From Gordius albopunctatus (taxonomy: Eukaryota): a stretch of DNA of 64,000 nt. Of this stretch, positions 38,221-50,598 are shown piece after piece. The notes beneath the pieces were generated by a model. The model worked only from the letters and a program-made list of their open reading frames with translations. It ran no database searches and was not told where the DNA came from. Position 1 is the first letter of the stretch; the number at the start of each line of letters is the position of its first letter. Location: assembly GCA_964276515.1 (NCBI GenBank), contig OZ193909.1, forward strand, positions 17,794,001-17,858,000, given 5' to 3'. The translations under genes and the position numbers were made by a program.

Positions 38221-41200
38221 ATGGCTAAATCTATTTCGCCTAATGATAATTCCAAAGATGAGGTATGTGATAATTAAAACATATATGCAATTATAGCACG
38301 TTTTTATATTTTTTTAGTGGCGAATATAATTTTTTGTATACTATTTAATAAAGATCATAATTTAAAACTATTTGTTTTAATTCTATTTTAAATTTAGTAT
38401 AAATAGAATATGCATGATTTAACTTATAAATGAGTGAGCATCAAAACTAATAAAATTTATTAAAACTTGTGTTCTATTAACCTAAACTTTAAAATTCCAA
38501 TTTAGCGGCTTAATTAAATTTAAACAATTCATGTCAGTGGCGTAAATGCGGGGGGGGGGTGGAATCTCGGATTTTATATGAAAAAAATTATTTTGGTTCT
38601 AATGTATATATTTTATAGTTGTGCAACGTAACTGACCAAGTAAGACACTTATTAATTGCTACACAATTTTTTTTTAATATTAAAAAGTTTATTTGTTAAA
38701 AATCCGTCGACAGTAATCTAATATAAATACATAAAATATAAAAGACAAAATGCGTCAAATAAAATAATACACTATTCTAATATATCATCATCGAGGGGAT
38801 CTTCCAAAATTGGCCAAGAATCCGCGAACGATTTAAAATTGTACTTGGCTATAAGAATACCAAGTCGTTGTTTAAGTAAAAAGGATACCGAATGTTTAGA
38901 CGGGGGAGAACGTCTTCCTACCTCTTTAAAAAAGGCCAAGGCCTGTTTGCCAAAGGTGCCTGAACACGAAGCAACCAATGGAATAAAAATGTTTGAGGAT
39001 AATAGGGCTTTGTATTTATTAGCTTTCCGCCCCTCTGCGACAGCTAAAGAATCATTGTTGTAGTTAGAGGGGGCAAATAGGTCAATACACGTGAAGTCCC
39101 ATTTAAGGTGAAGACCATTGCTCCATGGGACTAAAGAAGATCCATCAGGACGCATGCTTCCCTCCAAGGAGGGGTCCGATGGCTCCAAGATGGATGGGAT
39201 ATTTGCTCTCTTCAATGCACTTTGAATTAAGGTATTGGCCTTATTGTGCCTAACATATTTAAATTTGTTTGCCGGGATGCCTGGCTTGTTCGTCTACGAG
39301 TATGCTGCAATTTCGGCAAATAAATGGCTTTGAAAATTTCACCCCTAGCCTGAGAGCTATGGAGTACGAAAGTTCCGAGTCCTCCAGCATCATCCCGGTG
39401 AGACAGCTTGGGTAGACCTCTAGCCATTCGTGACCTGAGCCATCAAACAAAAATGACCTTAAATTAGAACACTGACTTGCATCGCTACTCGAAATTAGAT
39501 AATCAACGGAGCGCAACACAATTCCGGCATCCCAATCTTTTTGTCGTGAGGTTTGTGGCAAAGGTGTTCCGGGATTGGTATTGTTTTCCCAAATAGCTAA
39601 AGCAATGGGTAAAAGCGGGTCTTCTTTAACAGGATACAACTTAAAAATGGTATCTTGTACCGATTTGTAAGATGAAATAAACGAGACTAGAGATATTGCG
39701 GCAGGTGAGCGAATCCCTAAACCACCCGATTTGGTTGGTAGGGAAGCTTGTAACCAGCTATGAGTATTGAACTTTATATTTAAAATAGATTGTAAAATAG
39801 ATTTAATATTCTGTTCGAAGAGGTTTAAAATTTCCGAGTGTAAAAAGCACTTGAAGAGCGAAAACAGTGTTGAATTTTTGAAATATTAAAATAGTTTTTC
39901 ATTATGTAAAAAGCGTGGTGTGAAGGCAAACACTTTAAGAGATCTAATTTTGAGTTTAAAATAGAGAGATTTTTCTCCAAATAAGTTGCGAGTCCAACTC
40001 TACCACCTATAGGCGATTCAAGATGGCACATAGCGTCTTTCTCGATTGCTAAAAAAGGGGTAATGTGTGGATATAATGAGTAATCAGGGGGTTGAAAGAT
40101 CTCACATTTGGTCTCGTTTAGTTTTAGTTTTAAAATTGGTTCGAAATCCTTTATAATTTTGATGGCTTTAAAAACTTCGCGAGGATGACCACAAAGGGTG
40201 GCATCGTCCAAGTACCAAATATTAAGTGTTAGGTCGCATTCGTGCGATATTTTTTCCACTAAACATTGGATGCCTGAGCAAAATAATGGCGGACCCAATG
40301 GGTCACCTTGTTGGATACCTTCAGATGAATTTATTTTAAAATCCCCAAATCTTAAAAAGGATGTTGAGCCATAACTTAATAAGATGTAGTTATGGAACTC
40401 CGGGAATTTCTCGAGAAAATTTTCGATAAGGACATCTCTACGAATGCTATTAAAAGCTTTGGCAAAGTCTAGTTTGACCATGCAATGATCCGAATTTATT
40501 GGAATTAGCTCCCTCTCCAGATAAAGTTTTTGAGATATTATCGCTGGGAAAAAGAAAATATAAAATTATTTTATAATGACTTTCTTTTTTTGATTTTAAT
40601 GTTGAAATAAAATTGCTATAAAAAAGGGCCAATCCATCTAATCTATTTTTTGACATAGTAATTCTTATATAAAAGCTAATAGGTAAAGAAGAGTTGTGAT
40701 GTTGGGCAAAGATTATAATATTTTATAATCTGATAGGGCGTCCAAAAAATTCTTTGGACGAAACCCTTCTATAATTTATTTTTATTCGCGTTTCTGGCAA
40801 AACAATCAAAGAATTCAGAGGAAATATTATTTGGAAACTTGCCAAAACTTGTTTCTTGTCTTAAAACCGTTCATTTTCTTTGCATATCGAGGTTTCTTAA
40901 GTTCAAAATCATACAACTTAGCCTTAAGTTCGACTACTATCTGATTTGCTGAAGATCTAGGTCCTTTTTTGCAATTGCTTACATAATATCATAGACTAGA
41001 TAGACTGCTCATGCCATATGTTGCATATGGTTAATTATGTGTCAAATTTTCCTCCATTTTGAAGAGTGCAACTGGCTGTTTTAGCCATGTAATTCTGCCC
41101 TATAACATTCAATTTACCTTCCTCACTAGTATTAATATTACACAAAATCCCATGATAATCGCGAATCGTTTTTTATACGTCAGAAAATCGGCATAACTAT

Positions 41201-44200
41201 CTGTAAATACAATTCATTAGCCATAATTGAATGTTTTCCCAATAATTACGATTCTTAATTTTTTTAAATTTATTTATCTCGCCTTCCAAAAATATGTAAT
41301 TCTCTATATAAAAATAAGGGTGTTATTTAAATGCATAGTGAAAAATTCCATAATGCTCAGTTGTTTGTGCTCAGTTTTTAATTCAATTTGCTCAGATTTT
41401 TAATTAAAAATGTTCAGTTTTTTTATGCTCAGATTTTAATTAAAAAGTGTTCAGTTTTTTTGTAAATAAATGTTCAGTAATTTTTCAAAAAATGTTCAGT
41501 TTTTTTTTCAAAAAATATTCAGTTTTATTTCAAAATACGCTCAGTTGTTATAAAAAAAATTTAACACAAGAATGTTCAATATTTTGGACATCATTAAAAT
41601 TTTTAATGTTTTATGGCCTTGTAGGCAAGTATAAAAAAATATAATTTTGGTGTGGAAACCTTAGAGAGCTTTTATAATCGTTGTAAGTAATTACTCTAAA
41701 TTTGTATAATAAAAATTGTCTTTATATTAAGTATCTATTATAATCAAAGTATATTAAAAACAAACAAAATTATATCTTTAATAATCATTTATTAAAATAA
41801 TATATACAAAAACGCAACAAAATGTTATATTTCATTAAAAATTATTGTATAATTAAAGCATTTTTAGCTTTTGATGGTCGCCCTCTTCGTATTTTTTGAC
41901 CAATACTAATATTTTTGGCTTCTATAGGAGGCTTGCAGAATTTAAGCTTGATTGAAAGTCCTACAACGTGTTTGCAAATGTATTGCTTGAAAAATGCAGG
42001 GCAATTACAAATTCCTTTTTTCCATTGGTGAGGATTGATTGGCATATTAACAATCCAAGATTTTGAAATATTCTTAGTATATTCATCAAATTATCTGTAA
42101 TTAATTAGTTTGTTAATTTCAATATCATCTTTATTAATAATATTGCTGCCTGAAGGAACATAATATTCAATATAGTTAGGGGTTTCCAGTGATATAACAT
42201 GGTTCATAAATTAAGTTGTATAGTTGGGCTAGTTATGAATTTTTTATCATTTTTATATGAAGAGGACCGTTTTTCAATCATATCCATGGCCATAGATTTA
42301 AATCGTGACAAAGGTACTCGCTCCCTGAGAGTATACTCATCTTTAATTACCCTGTTTGTTGATTCTAGGGCATTATTGGTAGAAGGTGTATAATGTCTGT
42401 TGCCAAAAAAAGTTTTGAAGCCTTTTAAAAATAACAGAGCTTTGACACAACTATAACTTGTCTATATCGGCAATAATTTCGTCTGGATCCTTTTTATCTG
42501 CTAATATCACCTGTATTTAAAATTAATTACTATATATTATTAATAAACCTTTTTTGACACATTTCTTCGTACGTGTGCCCAACACACTACAATCATTTTG
42601 TTTCCATAGACACTTTTGAAAGCATTATGGATGGCACTAGCCGTATCACTTATTAATACTTCAAAGGTTGGCTCTACATCAACTAATACATTAACACCAC
42701 TAGCTAAACTTTTAAATAAAAATTCATAATCTTCTTTCTCATTGCTACACAGAGAAATTCCTAGAAGGTGAAAGTGCCTGTCTAAATATGTTGTTCTAAT
42801 AATTAAAAGTGGAAAGCCTTGCCATGTTATCTTGTATGTAGCATCAGCATGCAACAATTTTGAGAGTTGTGAATTTAAGAGTAGCCTACATTAACTTTAT
42901 TTAATATGACACAATGATATAAAAAACTTAAATGTACTGTTTTCATAGGATATTCTGTAAGAAACAATATAAGGTATATCATCATCATCAGGTAATGGGG
43001 ATTTCGAAATGAGTCAATGCTCTAATTCTTCCAAGCTTATAGAAGTGGGTACATATTTTTCTTTTTTTAAACCACTTAGGTAATTCCTTAACTGATTTAT
43101 GGACGGCGCTTGCTCTGACTTTTGAAGATTATTGAATATAGATTTTCGTTTAAGACCCATTGAAACCATTTTTTTAATTTCGCTTGTGTCAAATTTTGAC
43201 CCCTTAATATCAAGTTCATCATGTGTATGTGATGAAGTTGACCGAAATATTATAACCCTATCAGTAATGGATTCATATAATAGGTATAATCTTCGAGCAC
43301 ACTGAGGGCCACGATATTTCACAATATTACATCTGAAAAATTTAGACATTTAAAAGCATAATTACCTGTAATAAACTTTGACTCCTATTTCGGTGTTGTT
43401 CCTATACCAATAACTCCAATTTTTATTTTCTTTCATGTATTTTTTCGCTTCCGATACATTCATATGTAACTACTTTTTCCCATGTAACTCCCTTGTAAGG
43501 ACGAACCTTTTTGGGGTTACTTTGTACCAATATTTCTTCATCTTCGTCCGATACGTAAGCTGGTACTTCCTTATAAGAAACTTCCATATTTTCAAAAATT
43601 GAATTGTGGAGGGGAAATGTAAAACAATGGAGATTATTTTCAAAAAATGAATTGTGGGCGGGAAATATAAAACAATAGATAGAAAATATTAGCTGTGCAG
43701 CTTATTAATTAGTGATATAATCCCAAAAATATTTTGAGGTCTTAAGGCTTAGTGGATTGAATGTGTGACTAGCTTCAGTACCTCGTAGGTTCCAATCCCG
43801 CACCTCTCTATTTTTAATTAAAAATTAAAACCACTTTGCATAAAAAACTTTGCAAGTGTAATAAATCTCTGAGCAAATAAATAAAAATCTGAACATATAA
43901 AAAACTTAACATTTAATTCAAAACTTGAAAAATGGCAAAAAAGACTTTGCACTTTGAATAAAAAACTATGCAAAATAATTTGTTGCCTAAAGGATATATA
44001 TAAAAAAAATTTAATCGCAGGTTTGAAATTTAAAATTTTTAAGTATTGTGAAAATGATATTTATTTTAAAATGCTGTTTTTGATATCATCTACCAAATTC
44101 ATTATTATTTTATTTGCCTTTTTAAAATTAATTGATTTGCGAAAATTACTAATTTCTATATGATCTAAACTTTACCATGTTAACATCAAAATGGTGAAAA

Positions 44201-47200
44201 AGGGTACAGAATTTGTGCGTTGATGAGCAGTCTATCTAGTCTATGCATAATATACTCAGATTGTTGTAGAGAAGTGAGCAAATTTGCAGCTTCTGTTGCA
44301 ACATCGTGATCATACCAGCTTGCTTCAATTTCTCCTTACCTTATTTAGTTTCTCTTCCATTTCTGACAAAATTTCAATTAAAACTTCATGACGCTTGAAT
44401 AGCTTAAATGGATTGACACTTTTATTAGCGATTCATGGGAAATTAGCTCCTACTCCAGATGACCCTGGGGAAAAAATATGAAATTATTTTATAACGACTT
44501 TTTTATGTTTTATCCCAGATTTTATAATTTTTATGTTGAAATAAAAATGTTATAAAATTTTTTTGGAAATTCCCCCCCCCACCCCCTCTCGGAGAAAATC
44601 CTGGCTACGCGCCTGGTCACTGTTACAAGCATTTTAGGCAACACGCTATTAATAAGAAATTATATACTATCTATATCATACAAATAAAATATACAAAAAA
44701 TTTAAGCTTAAAAAGAGTTACGGGAGGCCATTGAGAACATTAGTTGATTAATTGTAGTGCTAGGTCAAGAGCTATTGTGAGCAATCCATGAAATAAGCTC
44801 ACCTAATGAGAACAAGGAGATAGTATTTAGGAAATTGGAAAAATCTATATTGTTAATTGAATGTTATATGTTGGCGATTACAGTTAAATTTTTTCCCATT
44901 ATATTACTACTTAAATTGCAATTACGATAACATCAATAATTTATGCTGATTAAAAAATTTAAAGGTTCATATATATATATTAACACTAACACTTTAATTA
45001 CTTAAAAATTGATAAAAAATTTATGAGATTGAAAAAATTCGCTTAAATTAGGAAAAAGACTTTGAACATATGGCTCGATATCTTTTTGCAGATGAAAATT
45101 TTTAAAAATTAAGAGTAGGACTTTAGAATAATTGAACTATGAAATTTTGTTATTTAAAAATTAGAGTAATATTGGAGAAATATATATCATGTTACATTTT
45201 ATATCTTTAACAAATTTAAGTTTTTATATTGATTTAACTATCTAGAAAGGAATATTGCTCAAAATCATAGACTATTTGAAGTGCAAGAACTTCGGCGGCG
45301 AATTTTTGTGCCTTGAATGCCTCACCCCTCATTCAGCCCTCGATTCCATTAATTCAGATTATACAACTATAAAATTAAATTATAAAAGGATAAAAGATGG
45401 TATAAAACACGGCTATAGTCAAAGTTCAAATTTAACAGACGACAGCTCTGACCATGAGACAGAGTCTTTTTGTGGCACAGACGATTATCAATACAAAAAA
45501 ATACCAATAATATTAGAAGACTCGGAGCACAACATAGATGCATCGGCCGAGAAGAAAAGTAGAAAGTCAGCCCTTTTAAATGGGGCCTCAGGTCCAACAC
45601 AAAATGGCCTCATTGATAAGACAAAATTGGACTATCATAACAAATCATTGCCACGAGAAGTTAATGTATCCAAAGAATTTTTAATTAAGAGATACAAAAA
45701 TATTGAATCGGGTTCAAAATTGTCTATTGCATCAGCACCAGTTGGATCGCAGTTAAATGGTTCATCAGTTCATGGGATTTTAAAAGAGAGAGTAAATACT
45801 AAGTTTCCGCTAGATACCCAATATAGCTACACTCTGAAAGGCAATCCTTGTACAAACCAATCGGTATTTAAAACACAAAGTCGCAGCACCTCATATGATG
45901 TTTTTGTACCAACGGGAGTTTATTCACAATTTTCGGCTAGGTCTGTTTTAAAACAGAGAATGAGAGATTTACATTTGGTTTCGCCCCTATCAGAGACAAA
46001 CCTAACCATCTATCCCAAAACTCACACCTCAGATAATAATGAGCCATCATCCTATAATAAAGTTTTGACGCCAAATCACAAGAAACTGATGCTGCTTAAA
46101 TGTCGCTTCAACTCGCGTGATCTAATGCAAAATAATTCCTCTACATTGTATAAGGGTAAACCAAGCTTTCAACCTTACCAGCGTTTAAAGGAGAATTACA
46201 ACAAAGCATACTCCTATGATACAGGTGATTATGATATTCAAAAACGTAAACCTAGTTTATATGTCTCAAAGTCTGTCGACAGCGAAGCTTTATCTAACAA
46301 CTTGGTTAAAAACAGACTTTATACAGAAACTGATAGGAATTTAGATGATCGAAAAAAAGAAACTACTATGAGCAACGTAGAGTTATACTTAGAGGATCAG
46401 GAAGAAGATGTCAATACCTCAAATATTGTGAGATCTAATTCATACACCAATTTTGATTGCGCTGAACAAGTTTGTTCGCCAGTAAACCAAGCGGCGCACC
46501 TAGACATAGGAACTCTAACCTTTTACGTGAAATACGATTTCCCTAACGAATCGTTGCATATAAAAATAATTGAGCTGACAAATTTTTTGGACAAGCTGTT
46601 GGAGCGAAATGACAATAAAGAGTTAGGACAACCTCTCATTAGCGAAGAAAATAAGGCCAAGTTTGAAAATTTTAAAAGCGACGTCTATAACGTATGTTTA
46701 AAATTTTGTTTACTCCCCGATCAAAAAACGTGTTACCGGACTACAATGAAAAAGGTAAACTACGGAAAGGGGCTTAGCAAATCCAAATCTTTAAATCATT
46801 TTAATGAGAATGGGAAAAATGATAAGGAAATCGAAAGTTTGGATCTAACTTTTGAAGAGACCTTCATCGTTCGTTTACCCTATAGTGAAGCGCTTAGACG
46901 TATACTGGATATTACATTAGAAAATGCTGATAAAGAAAAACAGATTGTAATGGGAAGTTTATTTCTCCCGATTAACACCATCGATATTATCAAAGGCGAT
47001 CGAATTAGTGAATGTATAAAGTTGGATTTAAAGGTAAAGGTTATCTATAGCCCTTAAATCGCGAAACAAAATTTACGCCTTAGCGTTTTAATAAATAGTA
47101 GGTCTTATTATTAACATTTATGTAGTATTCCTGGTTTGGAATGTTAGAAAGAGGTGTTAAATAGTGTGAGAATCGGGATATTGAGCTTGATAAAATGTAA

Positions 47201-50200
47201 AGAATCTTTTTAAAATATTTTGATTTCAAAATGTTAAAGTGGTCATCTATTAAAACTATAATTTTTCTTTCGTTAGGTTGGACAGCTTGTCTAAATAAAA
47301 AAGTGCACCAAGGTTTTAGCTTACCCGTTTTTAAATAAGGCAAATATGTGTAATAAATGCAAACAATGTTTATAATTAATTAGAATATGTTAAATTAAAT
47401 ATCTTTTTAAAATGATTCATACAATAATTTATTATCTGATAAGCTATTTATTAATTATTAGGCATCTAAATATACTATTTTTAATTTATTAGCTTTCTAA
47501 TTTAAAAGTTTTTCATCATTTAAATTACATCTGTTTTATTCTTTCCTACATATTAATCGTCGTGTAGTTTAAAATCTTTGATATTATTAAAATCATTTAA
47601 TAGCCTTCGAACGCATAATGGTTACTAATTTGAATAAAGATTTTATTCTTATTAACACCTATTAAGCACAATTTTTCAAGCTCTTTATTTAATTTACATC
47701 ATATCAAATGCTCAACAAAAGCATTTAATTGCATTAAATTACATTCGCTCTCCCTATTATACTCAAAGTTAAGTTTGGACTACAAAAGTTTGGTATAATT
47801 ATATGTAATTATAGCATGGCGGGGATGGGTATATAGGATAATCTAATATATATTAGGTTAAGCTTATCAAGGTCGTCCATTATTATAGTTACATAGTTAA
47901 GGTCACATTTACATTAGTGCTAACTTATACGGTACATTTTTGCATATATTGATTTAAGGTGTTTGCAGTAATTTAAAAAATAATTATTTTTTAAAAACCC
48001 TCAACTATTTATAAGAAAAGTTCGATGTAAAATTAATCGCCTTGAACTTCGTTTGCGTTTGTTCTTAAATTAATAAATTTACATACATTCTTCTATGATG
48101 ACTTATACTTGGGTGTGTTTTGCAAAGATAAGCACTCATATCAGTACTTTCTTTATCTGTAGCCTCAGATGTAAAATATTTTCCCGGGAAATTTGCTTAA
48201 GAGAAAATTCAGGGGAAAATACGGGAAATAATGGGGAAAAACGGGAAATAATGGGAATTAACGGGAAAAAACAAGAAATTAAGGGGAAATAACGAGCAAG
48301 ACAGGTATATTAGTATAAAAAAATGTCCATGAGTATGATTAAGATTAATAAATTTATTAGTTAAACAATATAAAGAACCAAATACAAGAAAATCATTAAA
48401 TAGCCAATGATAATTTTTCATCTAATTTCTCTTGCTGAGTTTGGGTCATGCTATCAAAGTAACTAATAATATTGGATGTTGATGGTTTTGGGTCACATGA
48501 AGCAGATGTTTGTTTTATAGGGCATTTTTCAAGCATTACCTCACAAATTAATGATTGTGGAGAGGGGGGCATTAAGAAAACTTCTTGACAATTCTTTTCC
48601 TTTATAAAATCTGGTCACTTAGCTATATGATTTGTCATTTTGGTTGAGTTTGGAAATGTATATTTTAAATTGCAATAATTGCAAACAGCAATACAACCTT
48701 TCTTATTTGAAGATAAATGCTTAGAAAAATGTTTCCAAATGTCAGATGTTTTTCTTGGCATCTATTAGTCAAAAAACTAACTATTAGTCAAAAAAATAAG
48801 TTTAATAATATTAAATTTTTACATTTATTGTTTTCAAAGGATTACAGATTATTTTTACCAGAATTGTGTGTAAATTCAGTTTAAATAAAATGTAGAAATT
48901 TTAATTTAGTTAGATATAACAAATACTTCTATATCAAAAAACTAAATACTAGCATAAAATAAATATCTATTTAAGATTACTTGATTTGAAGTTGTTAAAA
49001 ATATTTTCACAGTTAATGGCAATAAAAATATAATAGATTTTGCTAAATATTTTAAATATTCAAGCATATGTAAATTTACCTGTTAATATAACTTAAAAGC
49101 TTATCTAGGATTATTGTAATAATTAATTTCAGTGTAGATTGCAAATTCTCTAATGTTAAATAAAAAGTTGATATATTTTTTAAATATTACTTATACTTAC
49201 TATTAAGTTGGTATATAATATTTTCAGATTTAGAGTAAAATGGCAATATAAAATTTAAATAATTTTACTAAATCTTTTAAATTTACAAGCATATGTAAAT
49301 TTACCTGTTAATATAACTTAAAAGCTTATCTAGGATTGTTGTAATAATTATTTCATTGTAGATTGCAAATTCTCTATTGTTAAATAACAAGTTGATATAT
49401 TTTTTAAATATTACTTATACTTACTATTAAGTTGGTATATAATATTTTCAGATTTAGAGTAAAATGGCAATATAAAATTTAAATGATTTTGCTAAACATT
49501 GAATTAAATTTACAAGCATGGTAAATTTATCTTATATGGAAAGAATTTTACACTAGAGAACTAATTGTTAATGTAACTATAAGGGTATATTGTTTTAACT
49601 GATTACTGAGATAATTAACTTTAGTGTAGATTGCAAAATCTTTTAAGTTAACAACTACATGTTAATAGTATTTAAGCAAATTTTCACAAATTATAAATTA
49701 GGAAATATTTAAAATATTGGTTACCACGAGGTAAATATGAAATTAAAGTAAATTAAAATAATATATAACTTAAATTAGATCATACATATTTGATTTAAAA
49801 AATATATTTTTAGGGGAATTTTCCCTGGGGAAAAATGATTTTTCCCCGAGGAAGTTTCCCGGGGGAAAATTCCCACTGTGCCATCCCTAATCATATACAT
49901 TAGAACTAAATGCATATTACCAAATTATCTATTACATTTAATTTGTTTTGCAAACTTTAAAAGCCTACATGATTTAATTTATCAACCTAGAAATCATCTA
50001 ATTATGGCGAAATATTGATCGGGTTGAACTTTTTACCAAAAGCTGGTCGATTGATTGTCGACATAATTAAAGCCACAAATCTTCTTCAAACCGGTGACTT
50101 AGCAGGGCGAGGTAATTCTTTATAAAAAGTGATATTTATTTGTTTAAATTGTTAAAATGCGGGCCAAGTTAAACTGTAGTCTTATTTAAATTTATAGATC

Positions 50201-50598
50201 CTTTTGTCAAGGTGAGCCTCTTGGAAAATGCTCTATTAATTAAGCAGAAAAGAACCACAGTCAAACGAAAAACTTTAAATCCAGTTTACAACGAATCTTT
50301 TAATTTTAGATTACGTCAAGATGACACCTTAGATGATATAAGTCTAGTCATTTCCGTATGCGACAATAGGAACAAGGTTAAAGGCAAGGGACTCGTTAGT
50401 AGTTCTGTAGTAGGATTCGGGAGTAGTCAGATCATAGGGAGAATTGTATTTGGTAAATATTCCACGGGGCCACAACAAATTCATCATTGGGAAAGAATGT
50501 TATCTAAAAACAGACGCAATGGAGTGGCACAATGGCAACCTCTACTTACTAAAGCCGAATGTGACGTTATATCACCGATAGTCTCTCTCAAATGTTGA
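38221..50598 (+). CDS. SYT17: Synaptotagmin-17-like tandem C2-domain protein (no TM helix), about 780 aa
   Basis: Exons 38221-38262 (MAKSISPNDNSKDE; TGA immediately upstream; donor GTATGT), 45246-47033, 49991-50111, 50198-50598. C2B reads GEILIGLNFLPKAGRLIVDIIKATNLLQ...DPFVKV...YNESFNF...IGRIVFGKYSTGP...HWERML...AECDVISP, matching remembered SYT17. The N-terminus is Cys-containing (GILLKIIDYLKCKN...CLEC). The first exon is less certain than the rest. Confidence 0.85.
38667..40485 (-). mobile_element. 5'-truncated CRE-like non-LTR retrotransposon (RT plus C-terminal restriction-like endonuclease)
   Basis: RT motifs KLDFAKAFNSIRR, GIQQGDPLGP and WYLDD; GGLG; Cys motif; RLE-like RPDG..W..G..LKWDFT; 3' AATAAA and a poly(A) tail (T-run at 38667-38675); frameshifted. 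Confidence 0.85.
40990..44245 (+). mobile_element. Non-autonomous P-type element (CATAGAC TIR) containing a MULE
   Basis: Perfect 23-bp TIR CATAGACTAGATAGACTGCTCAT and perfect 8-bp TSD CATAATAT (40982-40989, 44246-44253). The termini resemble the THAP-bearing element at 56478. Confidence 0.85.
41318..43971 (-). mobile_element. Decayed Mutator/MULE transposon (transposase pseudogene about 41842-43587)
   Basis: MULE motifs LHADATYK, LISD...CWAHV, STNNALESTN, SWIM finger CNCPAFFKQYICKH and AT-hook RRGRP. Subterminal (G/T)TCAG repeats at 41355-41545 are mirrored by CTGA(G/A)C near 43870-43895. The ends are approximate. Confidence 0.88.
48158..49889. mobile_element. Probable non-autonomous DNA element with GGGAAA subterminal repeats
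   Basis: CCCGGG/GGGAAA clusters at both ends; right end GTGCCATCCCTA (hAT-like TAGGGATG); left end degenerate; no TSD seen. Confidence 0.45.
49061..49660 (+). repeat. About 225-bp tandem duplication (two similar units plus a degenerate third)
   Basis: CAAGCATATGTAAATTTACCTGTTAATATAAC at about 49061 and 49286; CAAGCATGGTAAATTTA at about 49513. Confidence 0.9.

Larger units (their letters stand above)
38535..44615 (-). mobile_element. Decayed hAT transposon (outer layer of the nest)
   Basis: Right TIR GAGAAAATCCTGGCTACGCGCCTG ends at 44615; a degenerate left end CAGTGGCGTA is at 38535. Transposase relics on the minus strand: HDVATEAANLLTSLQQSE..KQLQ (across the 40990-44245 insertion) and dimerisation-domain-like LPNITTLL..RITMSKNRLDGLAL. 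The left boundary is uncertain. Confidence 0.6.

Noticed and set aside
41355..41545. CRISPR-like spaced repeats (GCTCAG/GTTCAG)
   Set aside because: The motifs are too short and irregular. They are subterminal repeats of a MULE in a eukaryotic genome.
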